A stretch of DNA of 64,000 bases from Pseudomonadota bacterium (lineage in GTDB: Bacteria; Bdellovibrionota_C; UBA2361; OMII01). The notes beneath the pieces are model-generated. The model saw only the letters and a program-made list of their open reading frames with translations. It was not told where the DNA came from and searched no databases. The stretch spans positions 96,001 through 160,000 of the forward strand of contig JAYPVM010000001.1 in assembly GCA_038134595.1 (NCBI GenBank), read 5' to 3'. The translations under genes were made by a program, and so were the position numbers. Of the stretch, positions 11,155-20,850 are shown in pieces (positions within the stretch are counted from its first letter, which is position 1; every line of letters starts with the position of its first letter).

Positions 11155-12117
11155 ATGGCTAGACTGACAGAAAACCAGTGTGTTTTACTCACCAAACTCC
11201 AGCTCAATGCCACACAGAGCATCCCCAGCTTAGCTACCGGGCTTGGCCTTCCAGAGCACACCGTGCGATACGCACTCGCCAAGGCGATAGATGCTGGAAT
11301 CGTTACAAAGCGGTGTTTCTTAAATCCCTACACGCTGGGTTTTGCGCAGTATCAACTTTATTTTTCACTACGAGGAAAAAGTAAAGAAGCCTTCATCAAG
11401 GAGCTTGCCGATTCAGAGCTCGTGTCATGGATTGGCAAGCTAGGGGGGGATTTTAATTACGGAGCAAACTTCTGCGCCACCTCTATTACTGACGTCTACA
11501 AACTACTAGAAAGACTCTCACACAATCACGGGGGCGCGTTTCTTGATAAGGTATTTGCTACTCGCATGGCTTTTACCTATTTTGGAAATAGGTATCTGGC
11601 TCCTTCTATCCAATCACCATCCGCACTTAGTTATACGATGAATCAGTCGCTCCAGCCTATTGATGAGCTTGATCACACACTCCTGAAAAGCCTGGTAAAA
11701 GATCCCTCTATCTCAGCACGACAAAGAGCACGAGAGCTAGCTATTCCTCAATCAACAGTGGATTATCGTCTTCGGTCGCTTGAGGAGCGCGGTGTTATTA
11801 GTGGCTATTACTACGAAGTAGATCCAACAACGATAGGCTATTCATCCTATCTAGTACTCATCAGCACACGGGGAATAAGCTCTCGACTCTATGAAGCTTT
11901 ATTAGATTTTGCCGAAAGAGAGAAAAACATTGTAGTTCTTACCCAGGCGCTTGGAACATGGGATTTTGAGCTTGGTATCGACGCCTCATCGCCTCAAGGG
12001 GCACTGCTCGTATATGAGAGGCTTACAGAAGAATTTGCCAACTATATAAACTGGAGTAAATTACTCCCCCATTTCGGCAACGTAAAAGTAAAAGAGTATC
12101 CCCGAGAATCTCTTTAA
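11155..12117 (+). CDS. Lrp/AsnC-family regulator with two tandem wHTH+RAM modules
   Basis: Two HTH segments (SLATGLGLPEHTVRY; RARELAIPQSTVDYRLRSLEERGVI), each followed by an AsnC-like effector region (LGGDFNY; LGTWDFEL). Confidence 0.75.
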   Translation: MARLTENQCVLLTKLQLNATQSIPSLATGLGLPEHTVRYALAKAIDAGIVTKRCFLNPYTLGFAQYQLYFSLRGKSKEAFIKELADSELVSWIGKLGGDFNYGANFCATSITDVYKLLERLSHNHGGAFLDKVFATRMAFTYFGNRYLAPSIQSPSALSYTMNQSLQPIDELDHTLLKSLVKDPSISARQRARELAIPQSTVDYRLRSLEERGVISGYYYEVDPTTIGYSSYLVLISTRGISSRLYEALLDFAEREKNIVVLTQALGTWDFELGIDASSPQGALLVYERLTEEFANYINWSKLLPHFGNVKVKEYPRESL

Positions 12118-12140
12118 AAGGGCGTCATAGCCTACTGACG

Positions 12141-13952
12141 CTATTTATCTAACTGCTTTTTCAAGTCTTCAAGTTCATCCCAACGCTTATAAAGATCATC
12201 AACGGCCTTTTTGGCCGCATCGTACGACTCACTTAGTTTTGTGAGTTTTTCCGCGTTCGTCGCATTCTCAGGATTTTCCAACTCGCTACTTATGACTGCA
12301 AGAGACTCCTCAGCTTTAAGAATAGACTGCTCCATGCCATCTAGTTCTCGTTGCTCCATATAAGAGAGCTTTGTCTTCTTCTTTCCAGTCGGCGGCAACT
12401 TAGATTCAGCTCGGGTTTGTTCTGCCCTATTTTTCTCTTTCGATTCTCTTTTGGCATCTTCCCACTGCGCATAATCAGCACACAGAGTAGCTTTGCCGTC
12501 GGATAAGCCAATGACTCCCGTTGCTACTCGAGTGAGCATATATCTATCATGTGTTACCAGAACAACCGCACCGGGAAATGACTCACACGCATCCTCCAAT
12601 ACCTCTAGCGTCTGAATATCCAGATCATTTGTAGGCTCATCAAAAACTAACACATCAATTTCTTTGGCCATAAGAATAGCTAAAAGTGCTCTAGCTTGCT
12701 CACCTCCAGATAATGACTCGATGGGAAGAGATAAATGGGAATGAGAAAACAAAAATCTATCAGCCCACGCAGCAACATGAACAGGTTTTCCACGTACAAC
12801 AATCGAGTCACTATCAGGAGCAAGAGCCTCTTTTAATGTGATCCCTGCACCAAGCCCCTTTCTGGCTTGGTCAAAGAATCCGACCGATAGCCCCTTTGCG
12901 ATCTTTATCTTTCCGGTTGTAGGCTGATTTTTTCCAAGGAGTACCGACAAGAGCGACGTTTTGCCACTTCCATTCGCACCTACAACCCCGATTTTATCTC
13001 CAGGTGATATGCAAACAGAGAGACTACTAAAGAGCGTTTTCTCTCCGATAGAATATCCAACGCTTTCAAGCTTGATAAGTTCCTTAGTCTTTCGCTCTGA
13101 AGAGCCAAACGACAAGTTAGCTCTTCTTTGATCGAGGTTGATTCCCCCAAGCGTATCAATCATATCGTGAGCCCGCTTGATTCGAGACTTTGATTTTGTC
13201 GTACGTGCTTTGACACCGGCTCGGAGCCATGCCACCTCTCGACGAACCTTATTCGCCAATGAATCTTTCATCTGTTGGAGCGATTCAAGATACAGTGCTC
13301 TGCTCTCTAAAAAGTCGCTATAGCTTCCATCACTTGCAAATGTCCCCGACGGATAACGAGGATGAAGCTCAACAACCCGCTTTGCTACCTGTTCAATAAA
13401 CCACCTATCGTGGCTTACCGTAACAATCGCACCCCGAAATCCAGCGACCTGTTTCTCTAACCATTCGATACTTTCGATATCGAGATGATTTGTTGGCTCA
13501 TCAAGAAGCAAGAGATCAGGCTCACTAGCAAAACCACACGCAAGAGAAAGCCTCTTTCTCCAGCCCCCTGATAGCTCAGAAACTGGCTGTGCGAAATCTT
13601 CAAAACCACACCGCCCAAGCCACATAGAGGATCTGCGGAGAACGTCTTGGTGGTCGATGCCATCAGAGACAAGACCCTGCTCGAGCACTTCCTGCACCGT
13701 AACGTTTCCCTCGAATGTCTCTAATTGAGGTACGTATGAGATTCTTGTGCCGCTACGCACATGAACTTCTCCCTCATCAGCGGTTTCATACCCAGAGAGA
13801 ATCTTTAACAGTGTCGACTTCCCAGCGCCGTTTGGGCCAATTAAAACCACTCTATCGTTTTCATATAAAACAAGGGAAAGCTCAGAAAAAAGTTTTCTGT
13901 CGCCTAAATCTCGAGTAATTTCTTGGAGGCTTATGAGAGAGGCTTTAGTCAT
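12141..13952 (-). CDS. uup: ABC-F family ATPase (Uup-like)
   Basis: Two ABC cassettes (GPNGAGKS/LSGGW/LLLDEPTNHLD; GANGSGKT/LSGGE/FDEPTNDLD), GVKARTTK linker, C-terminal KLSYMEQREL...RWDELE coiled coil; no TM segments. Confidence 0.85.
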   Translation of the reverse strand: MTKASLISLQEITRDLGDRKLFSELSLVLYENDRVVLIGPNGAGKSTLLKILSGYETADEGEVHVRSGTRISYVPQLETFEGNVTVQEVLEQGLVSDGIDHQDVLRRSSMWLGRCGFEDFAQPVSELSGGWRKRLSLACGFASEPDLLLLDEPTNHLDIESIEWLEKQVAGFRGAIVTVSHDRWFIEQVAKRVVELHPRYPSGTFASDGSYSDFLESRALYLESLQQMKDSLANKVRREVAWLRAGVKARTTKSKSRIKRAHDMIDTLGGINLDQRRANLSFGSSERKTKELIKLESVGYSIGEKTLFSSLSVCISPGDKIGVVGANGSGKTSLLSVLLGKNQPTTGKIKIAKGLSVGFFDQARKGLGAGITLKEALAPDSDSIVVRGKPVHVAAWADRFLFSHSHLSLPIESLSGGEQARALLAILMAKEIDVLVFDEPTNDLDIQTLEVLEDACESFPGAVVLVTHDRYMLTRVATGVIGLSDGKATLCADYAQWEDAKRESKEKNRAEQTRAESKLPPTGKKKTKLSYMEQRELDGMEQSILKAEESLAVISSELENPENATNAEKLTKLSESYDAAKKAVDDLYKRWDELEDLKKQLDK

Positions 13953-14365
13953 CAGAAAAGAGCAAGTTTACACGGCGTACAGTTAATAAATGTATCGGGT
14001 ATACTTAAGTCTTTGCCGATCAAAATAGCAAGCGTTTAGACGGCTATTTCTATCCCTCTCCAAACATGGCTCTACTCAACCCTCGCGTCAGGAGCTTTGC
14101 TGGTAGTAACCTCAAAGTATTTTTGCTCATGAATGTCCACAAAATTGCGCAATGGTGTCCGGAGTTATAAAGACTCTTTAATTTAACCAACGACTTCCAT
14201 GAAGACGTGCTTCACAGTACAATCTTTGGCCATAGTAACTCATGACAGCTCCCAACAAGTCACCCATAGCGATGTCATTTCACCTTGAAACCTTTCACGG
14301 CTAAAGAGTATGCTTTCAGGCAAGAGCGCTTCTCTGTCATCTGCAGAACCTTCAAGTCATGCATT

Positions 14366-14863
14366 ATGTGTCTTCATCAGTTTCATACCCCATTAGGCTG
14401 CATTGAGATTCTAACTGCAGCTACTCGTGCTGTATGTCGTGTAAAATTTATTCAGTGTTCGCACCAGACAGAAGGCTATAATCCTTTAGAAAGCAGTCCA
14501 GTAAAGAGCCAGATAATGCGGTATCTAAATCGACGCTCCTTTGACTTTCGTTTTTCCACGGCAATTTCGGCAACACCTTTCGAAAAGCGCGTATGGCAAA
14601 TTGTATGCTCCATTCCCTATGGAGAAACGAGAACCTACAAGCAAGTAGCCTGTGCTCTTGGAATTTCAAAGGGAGCCCAAGCCGTTGGAAATGCGTTGAA
14701 GAAAAATCCGCTTTTACTCATAATTCCCTGTCATCGAGTTGTTAGTAGTAAGGTACATGACCTAGGCGGGTACCAAGCTGGTATTGAAATAAAGCAAAGA
14801 CTTATCTCGTTAGAGAAAAATGCCCCTACAATCATTCGCGCCCGACATCCGCATATCCCCTAG
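14366..14863 (+). CDS. ogt: Methylated-DNA-protein-cysteine methyltransferase
   Basis: IPYGETRTY and NPLLLIIPCHRV (active-site PCHR); start set at ATG 14366. Confidence 0.88.
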   Translation: MCLHQFHTPLGCIEILTAATRAVCRVKFIQCSHQTEGYNPLESSPVKSQIMRYLNRRSFDFRFSTAISATPFEKRVWQIVCSIPYGETRTYKQVACALGISKGAQAVGNALKKNPLLLIIPCHRVVSSKVHDLGGYQAGIEIKQRLISLEKNAPTIIRARHPHIP

Positions 14864-15019
14864 TGAGAGCCGCATCTCCCCGCAAATCTCATCTCTTATG
14901 AAGACCGCTATCTAATAGAATTACCTACTATCCTCAATATTTACTAACATATTCCTTCGTAAAGTATCTCATCCTAGGCCTTTTCTCATAACCCTACACT
15001 AGAGAGGTTTTCTATCAAC

Positions 15020-15904
15020 ATGACAATACACACAGCCCGCACCACTAATTCGGAACCTACCTCCACTGCGTCCCCTGTTGAGGCTACTACCCCGAACGCG
15101 TCTCCTAGTTTGAGCCAATCAAATTTTTCGCAAAATCTTAGAAACACGTTTTTAGGTGAAAGACTAGCTCCTGGCGTCGCAGTTCAGTTTATTGACGGAC
15201 CTCCTCAGATGCATCTACTTAAAACAGACGCCCAAAGCACCTTTGCGCATGTACGCTCCGCATCCGATGCAATGAGCAGACTTCTTAGAGAGCACGGGCA
15301 AATAATCGCCCCAACTCCTAGTAAAGACGCCATGCGGGTGCTTCTTCTCTCACTTGTCAGACTCCATGATGGAGAATCCGAGGAGCTTAAACGAACTATC
15401 TCTGAGATTAAGAAACTAGACCTCAACAAGCCTTCAAATCCAGATTGGAAAAAAAATATTGCACTTAAAATTGGCGGCCTCGATGCCCACCTTGCTATTT
15501 CAATAGAACAAAAATCATTTACCATCTCGCGATTTATCTCCAGAAACTTATCAGCCGAAGCCAAGCGTAATAAGTATGGTTTTGAAGTCTCGATAGTGCG
15601 AACAGACTCAGACGAAAGCGCCTCAGTATCGCTCCTTAGAAGCGCATTTAGCAGACGTGTCATGGAGTGGTCTTCGAGAGCTGTTCCAGCCGCTCTAATT
15701 CTCATATCGTATCTTGGATCAAGCGCCCAGAGCGCCCTTGTTTCAAGCATTGGAATCTTAGAACCGGTAGTAGGGGGGCTTGCTTGCGTTGCGATAAGCG
15801 AAGCTCTTATGCGCCGCCTTCGACACGGTCACTGGCTTAGCAAGCCTCCAAATAATGATTTGCAAAAAGAGGCTCCGCAGATAGAGGGATCTGTCACCAA
15901 CTGA
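15020..15904 (+). CDS. Hypothetical protein with S/T/P-rich N-terminus and C-terminal hydrophobic helices
   Basis: 294-aa ORF with GAGAGG RBS; no family recognised. Confidence 0.6.
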   Translation: MTIHTARTTNSEPTSTASPVEATTPNASPSLSQSNFSQNLRNTFLGERLAPGVAVQFIDGPPQMHLLKTDAQSTFAHVRSASDAMSRLLREHGQIIAPTPSKDAMRVLLLSLVRLHDGESEELKRTISEIKKLDLNKPSNPDWKKNIALKIGGLDAHLAISIEQKSFTISRFISRNLSAEAKRNKYGFEVSIVRTDSDESASVSLLRSAFSRRVMEWSSRAVPAALILISYLGSSAQSALVSSIGILEPVVGGLACVAISEALMRRLRHGHWLSKPPNNDLQKEAPQIEGSVTN

Positions 15905-16272
15905 GCAAAATAGAACATCACCACTCGACCTCGTTCTTTAAAGCACGCGGAGCCTTATCCAGAGCTCATAACTTTTTACAGTTAAAAAAAAAGGAATCGG
16001 TCGACCTTTAACCATGGAAACCCAACCCCAAGGCAGTTTGCTAAAACAGCTGGCTAACAGTCTGCAAATAGCCAGCGTCTTCTCTGGGTTGTATAAGGTA
16101 GCTGAGGTCATACACGCGGCATCGGAAAGTTATCCGAGCTCCCTTATCACTTCTAGGCGCATTTACGATCTAATCCATACGTCATTACCACTAGTTGTAT
16201 AGTAGTTAGAAAGCCTTAGCTCCATTCACACAGAAAGGTGTAATGAAGACACACGTGTGCATTAATAAAAGC

Positions 16273-16301
16273 TTGATCTATTATATTTAATAGCCTATCC
16301 T
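16273..16301 (+). promoter_or_regulatory. Candidate sigma70 promoter, possibly leaderless
   Basis: TTGATC-17 nt-TATCCT ending 7 nt before the ATG at 16309; no SD. Confidence 0.4.
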
Positions 16302-16308
16302 AGCAAAT

Positions 16309-17454
16309 ATGGATGGCGTGATTAACCTTTGCTTTATCAATACATTACAGGCGAGAATTGAAGCTAACACCGATTTGGTTCAGGTCATACTGGGGCCTCG
16401 ACAGGTCGGCAAGACCACTACCACCCTTAAACTTCTTGAAGAGCATTATCAGTCAAAGTCAATATACGTTAGCGCTGATAGCGTGTTCAATGCCGACCAC
16501 GGCTGGCTTCGAACCAACTGGCAGTTGGCACTACAGGAGCAGAAAATCTTAGTTATTGACGAGATCCAGAAATGCTTTAACTGGGCTGAGTCGATTAAGG
16601 CTCTTTACGACGAAACCAAGCGCGAAAGGAAAAGTCTTACCTGTGTTCTTCTCGGCTCAAGCTCGCTAGAAATTCAGAAAGGGCTTTCAGAGAGCCTTAC
16701 CGGTCGCTTTCAGCTAATCCAAATTCAACATTGGAATTTTGCCGAATCAACGCTGGGGTACGGCTTAAGCTTCGATGAGTTTCTACACTATGGGGGCTAC
16801 CCCGGCTCGTACAAGCTCATAGGAACAAACGATTGGTATGATTATGTGAAAAATTCAATCATATCAACCGTAGTCGAAAGAGACATCTTGCAATTTAACA
16901 AGGTAAAAAACCCAGCTCTCTTCCGACAAGCTTTTGAGCTTCTCATCTCTTATCCGGCTCAGGAGATATCTTATACGAAGCTACTAGGACAACTACAAGA
17001 CAGAGGAAATGTGGAGCTCATCAAGCACTATATCAGCTTGTATGAAGGGGCTTACTTGATAAAGACGATAGAAAAATATTCACCCAAACCAATCAAGGTA
17101 AAATCCTCTTCGCCTAAGATTATTCCTCTCGCGCCCGCCCTAGTGTTGTTACCTATTCGAACTCCTTTTTCCACAGAGGAACGCGGGCGCGCGTTTGAAG
17201 CTCTTGTAGGCGCTCAGCTTGTGCGTACTGGCGAGGATCTATTCTACTGGCGAGAGGGTAAGTATGAGGTCGATTTCATTCTTAAGAAAGGGCACAGACT
17301 ATGGGGAATAGAGGTAAAAAGCGGCAGAAAGAAAAGTCTGACAGGCTTGGATGTTTTCAAGCGAAAGTTCCCTGACGCTCAAGTTGTAGTTATTACAATC
17401 GATAACTACCAAACTTTTGAACGCAATCCCATCCATTTCTTGGAAGGACAGTAA
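16309..17454 (+). CDS. AAA_14-family ATPase with C-terminal DUF4143 (PD-(D/E)xK-like) domain
   Basis: GPRQVGKT, VIDEIQ, LGSS, ESLTGR, GGYP and YWR...EVDF...IEVKS. Confidence 0.88.
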   Translation: MDGVINLCFINTLQARIEANTDLVQVILGPRQVGKTTTTLKLLEEHYQSKSIYVSADSVFNADHGWLRTNWQLALQEQKILVIDEIQKCFNWAESIKALYDETKRERKSLTCVLLGSSSLEIQKGLSESLTGRFQLIQIQHWNFAESTLGYGLSFDEFLHYGGYPGSYKLIGTNDWYDYVKNSIISTVVERDILQFNKVKNPALFRQAFELLISYPAQEISYTKLLGQLQDRGNVELIKHYISLYEGAYLIKTIEKYSPKPIKVKSSSPKIIPLAPALVLLPIRTPFSTEERGRAFEALVGAQLVRTGEDLFYWREGKYEVDFILKKGHRLWGIEVKSGRKKSLTGLDVFKRKFPDAQVVVITIDNYQTFERNPIHFLEGQ

Positions 17455-17583
17455 TTTAATAACCTCGAGTTAAAAACTACCCAGATTTCCTCTTTTCGCC
17501 CCCTCGCTGCTCGCTCGGGGGAAATCCAAATTTCAAAAAATCCAAAAAATTCCCAATCACTCAAAACCCAACTACCAAATTCT

Positions 17584-18303
17584 TTATTCCGGGGAAACGC
17601 ACGCAGAAAAACCGATATCATCGTAGACATCGTCGTCGTAGATCGGATAAGCCACCAAACCATTACCATCGAAGCTAAGCCCGCCGTCGACAGCACGAAT
17701 AAAATACGACCAGCTTTTTTGCCTATTACGCCATCCAAACAAAGGCTCCCCGGTTGCTATCCAATGAAGGCAAAACGCTACTGCTAAGTCCTCTAAGTTT
17801 GCCATGGTAAACTCTTTGCCTAAAAACGCTTCTTGCTCCTCCCTCGTCTTACCAACTCCACCAGGAACATGCCCATCTATACAAAGCCTCTTGGAGGTTG
17901 ATTGTTTGCTGGAAAATCTATCTTCTTGTTTCCACTTTGCTAGGTGCTCTGAATATATGAAAGGTCTTCCATCTGGATGCCTTATCAACCCCTGCACCTC
18001 CTCTAGTATCTCTATACGAGATACACCTTTTGGTATCACAAACAAAACCGTGTGGTCGTTTATGACTTCCACTCCGTATTTTGCTAAGAGTATTCCTTTG
18101 GGGCCCAACTCTCGCTGAAGGTCAATAAAGGGTTTTGTTCTTAGGTTCGCTTCTTCTAGTAGGTCTCTTGCTCCTTGAAGGTCTCCGCTCTCCTGACACT
18201 CTTTAAGTCTACCTTCTACTTCTTTCTTATACTCTGCCATCTCTGGAGCAAGTGCTCGGTAGGCTTGGCCCCGCTCTCTATAGTAAGAAAAAGTATTCTC
18301 CAT
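17584..18303 (-). CDS. Hypothetical protein; candidate DGR target with a variable-region-like C-terminus
   Basis: 239-aa ORF ending IRAVDGGLSFDGNGLVAYPIYDDDVYDDIGFSACVSPE; strong NNY codon bias in the terminal region (see findings). Confidence 0.65.
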   Translation of the reverse strand: MENTFSYYRERGQAYRALAPEMAEYKKEVEGRLKECQESGDLQGARDLLEEANLRTKPFIDLQRELGPKGILLAKYGVEVINDHTVLFVIPKGVSRIEILEEVQGLIRHPDGRPFIYSEHLAKWKQEDRFSSKQSTSKRLCIDGHVPGGVGKTREEQEAFLGKEFTMANLEDLAVAFCLHWIATGEPLFGWRNRQKSWSYFIRAVDGGLSFDGNGLVAYPIYDDDVYDDIGFSACVSPE

Positions 18304-18410
18304 GTCTTAATAGTGGAACATTGCTCGCTTTTTCTTTAAGGCGTTTTGAGAGCTACGCTATTTGATACAAACAACAATACAATTAGGGGCTTAGGTGGGA
18401 AAACGATGAA

Positions 18411-20558
18411 TTATCCAGCTAACATCTCTGCTCTATGTTCTCTTATGATCTCGAGTAACTCATCTAAATCGGTAAACTGCCGCTCTGGATTAAACATCAC
18501 ACTCTTGTCTGTTGAGGCTCCGTAGGGTCCAACCATAAGGGCAAATGGAACGTGTCTGTCCCTTGAAAGTAGTATGGCATCGCGAACAAATGTTCCTCCG
18601 CCAATAAATATTATTATTCCCTCTCTTTCTGCTACATATGAGACTAGTTGATGCGGAACCGTGAAGAGTCCGCCCTCTAATGGTAGTACGTGCGAGATTC
18701 CAGGTGTAAAAGACTGTGTGGTTCGATCGGCTTGAACTGTCGCGCTTACAAGCGACAACGCCTCTTTCTCTGAATGTCGCTTATTTCGCTGTATCACTGC
18801 ATTGGAGAGAACCGTGGTAATTCCCGCGTTTTTGGGTCTTCCAACTAATAGATATGAAGTTTGTTGATCGAGCGCATTTACCAGCTCTTTTAAGAGGTCT
18901 CTTATTACACTCTGGTGAAGTCTTGATATCTTTTCCCACCACCTCGATCCTGAAGCTCCTAGAATAAGAACGGGGGTTTTATCCTTGGTAATCTGCAACA
19001 ACGATTCTGTTGAGTGCGAGATTCCAAGGGTTGCTAGGTGTTTTTCAAATAGTTCTGCGGCTGAGTCTCGCTGTTTATCCTGCTTCATCGGCGGAAGCGA
19101 TAAGCTTGTTCTCTCCCGTCGGATAGAATCTAAGTAGTCTTCGGGTAAGTTCGTTAGTTTTCTTAGAAAACGCGCGTCTTCAAGGGCAATATGCTGATTC
19201 TCATGCTCAACAATAGTCTCTACGTGGCGTTCCTTTAGACCCGCAAAGGAGGCAGTGTCGTCTAGCTGCCAGATATCTGTTTGAAATAAACCTGCCCCGT
19301 CAGAGCAAATTACAAAAGGGATTGCTCTATTCAAGCATGTCACCATCTCTAGCTCTTCGGCTGTGTCGATATTGTTTAAGGCTAGATTGGAGTCTGGATT
19401 AAACTCAATGACTACTAGTCCGTCTTTGGCTAGCTCTTCTGCTACCGACAGCGCATCTTCATCCAATCCGTGAGCTGCGTGCCCGATTCTAACGCGCATT
19501 TTATACTTTTGTGCTAAGCGTAGTGATTCTTTTACATTCGTGAGGTTCTTTCTGTTTTCTCCGGCGTGAATACGGAGCGTAAATTCTGGATCGTGTTTGT
19601 TTGCCCATGAAGAGATGGCGGCTATGTGAGGCTCGAGCTCATTTATTTTGTTGTCCTCAAAGCCCAGGAAATCTACGCCAACGATATAAGGACTTAGCCC
19701 CACCACCTTTAATTTCTCGACTTCAAACTCCAGCATTTCACGGGGTAAGTTGCGGGGTAGGCCCGCTAAAAATCGGAGCTTTACAGCGGTTTCAGCTTCA
19801 AGGGCTGGGAGTCTTTCGTGCAGCATCTCAATGTAATCTGGTTCGAGCAAACCGCTAGATGTCGCTGTAATCTCAGCGTATTGAACACCCTGCTGGGCGT
19901 ATTCTTCTGCATATTTTCGCAAAAGCTCAAATGCAATAAGTGGAGACTTGGTTATCGGAGTTCTAAATCGATACACAGAGGTTTCTAGATCGCCAAAAGT
20001 AACCTGCCTGTCGGCGGGAATCGACATTGATGCGGCCAGTAACTTCTTGCCTTTTGTGCTCAAAGTGTCAATTGGTACCGCTTCTTCCTCATTTGGAATA
20101 CTGCCGATGTTTGGCCCATCCATTGGTGGATAGAAGAATCGCTTTGTGGTAACAACTTCCTCAGAGCTGTATTCGATATCAAGCGCTGTTAGGAGCCGGA
20201 CGGGATACGGGACCTTCTTGTCGATGGCAATCGACATAAGCCCCTCAGAGCTAACTTGTCCCGAGCTGTGTGTGTGTAAATCAGTTCGCAATTCTGGTGG
20301 TCGTAGCTTCTGTCTTGGATACGGAAGCCATCTGTGAAGCTTTTCGTTAGCAAGCATTCGAGTTTCAAATACGGTCAGTTTCTGAAAGACCTCTGCATAT
20401 TCAACTCCTCGAGCTGTTACTCGGTAGCGGCCGAAGAGCTCGCCCAATCTGTTCTCCGTGCCACCAAGGCGTATCTCTATCTCAAAAACAGCACTAGCAT
20501 CAGAGGAGAGATGGGCTGCTAAAGAGGGGCTCGATCCATCTCTTCGTGAAAAACTCAT
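18411..20558 (-). CDS. Adenosine/AMP-deaminase-fold metallohydrolase fused to a C-terminal SLOG-like domain
   Basis: Deaminase motifs DLHTH, YAEIT, VGVDFLG, IHAGE, RIGHA and CSD; C-terminal VLILGAS...IIFIGGGTF..D...PFALMVGPYGAS; ATG 20558 has a GGTGAGG RBS. Confidence 0.75.
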   Translation of the reverse strand: MSFSRRDGSSPSLAAHLSSDASAVFEIEIRLGGTENRLGELFGRYRVTARGVEYAEVFQKLTVFETRMLANEKLHRWLPYPRQKLRPPELRTDLHTHSSGQVSSEGLMSIAIDKKVPYPVRLLTALDIEYSSEEVVTTKRFFYPPMDGPNIGSIPNEEEAVPIDTLSTKGKKLLAASMSIPADRQVTFGDLETSVYRFRTPITKSPLIAFELLRKYAEEYAQQGVQYAEITATSSGLLEPDYIEMLHERLPALEAETAVKLRFLAGLPRNLPREMLEFEVEKLKVVGLSPYIVGVDFLGFEDNKINELEPHIAAISSWANKHDPEFTLRIHAGENRKNLTNVKESLRLAQKYKMRVRIGHAAHGLDEDALSVAEELAKDGLVVIEFNPDSNLALNNIDTAEELEMVTCLNRAIPFVICSDGAGLFQTDIWQLDDTASFAGLKERHVETIVEHENQHIALEDARFLRKLTNLPEDYLDSIRRERTSLSLPPMKQDKQRDSAAELFEKHLATLGISHSTESLLQITKDKTPVLILGASGSRWWEKISRLHQSVIRDLLKELVNALDQQTSYLLVGRPKNAGITTVLSNAVIQRNKRHSEKEALSLVSATVQADRTTQSFTPGISHVLPLEGGLFTVPHQLVSYVAEREGIIIFIGGGTFVRDAILLSRDRHVPFALMVGPYGASTDKSVMFNPERQFTDLDELLEIIREHRAEMLAG

Positions 20559-20850
20559 CGCCTCACCAGCTATAGAGAGCTGTATAAGGGTCACTAAGTG
20601 ATTCTCCACTCTACCAGTGGTGCCAATTGGTCCTACGATACGACCCGAAAAATGCCTGGTTCCAGGGGTATAGACAAAGATTAGTTGATAGTGGTAGCCC
20701 CAGTCTAAGGGGTGTTCGATTGAAACGTAACCCATACACAAGTATAACCTGGATATAGGAATATTGGCTAGGGATAGCTTGCTTACACAAGCCTCTAGCC
20801 TTCACCTAAAAGATCGCCAAATCATACCCTTTTCTATCTCTGTTAAAACG

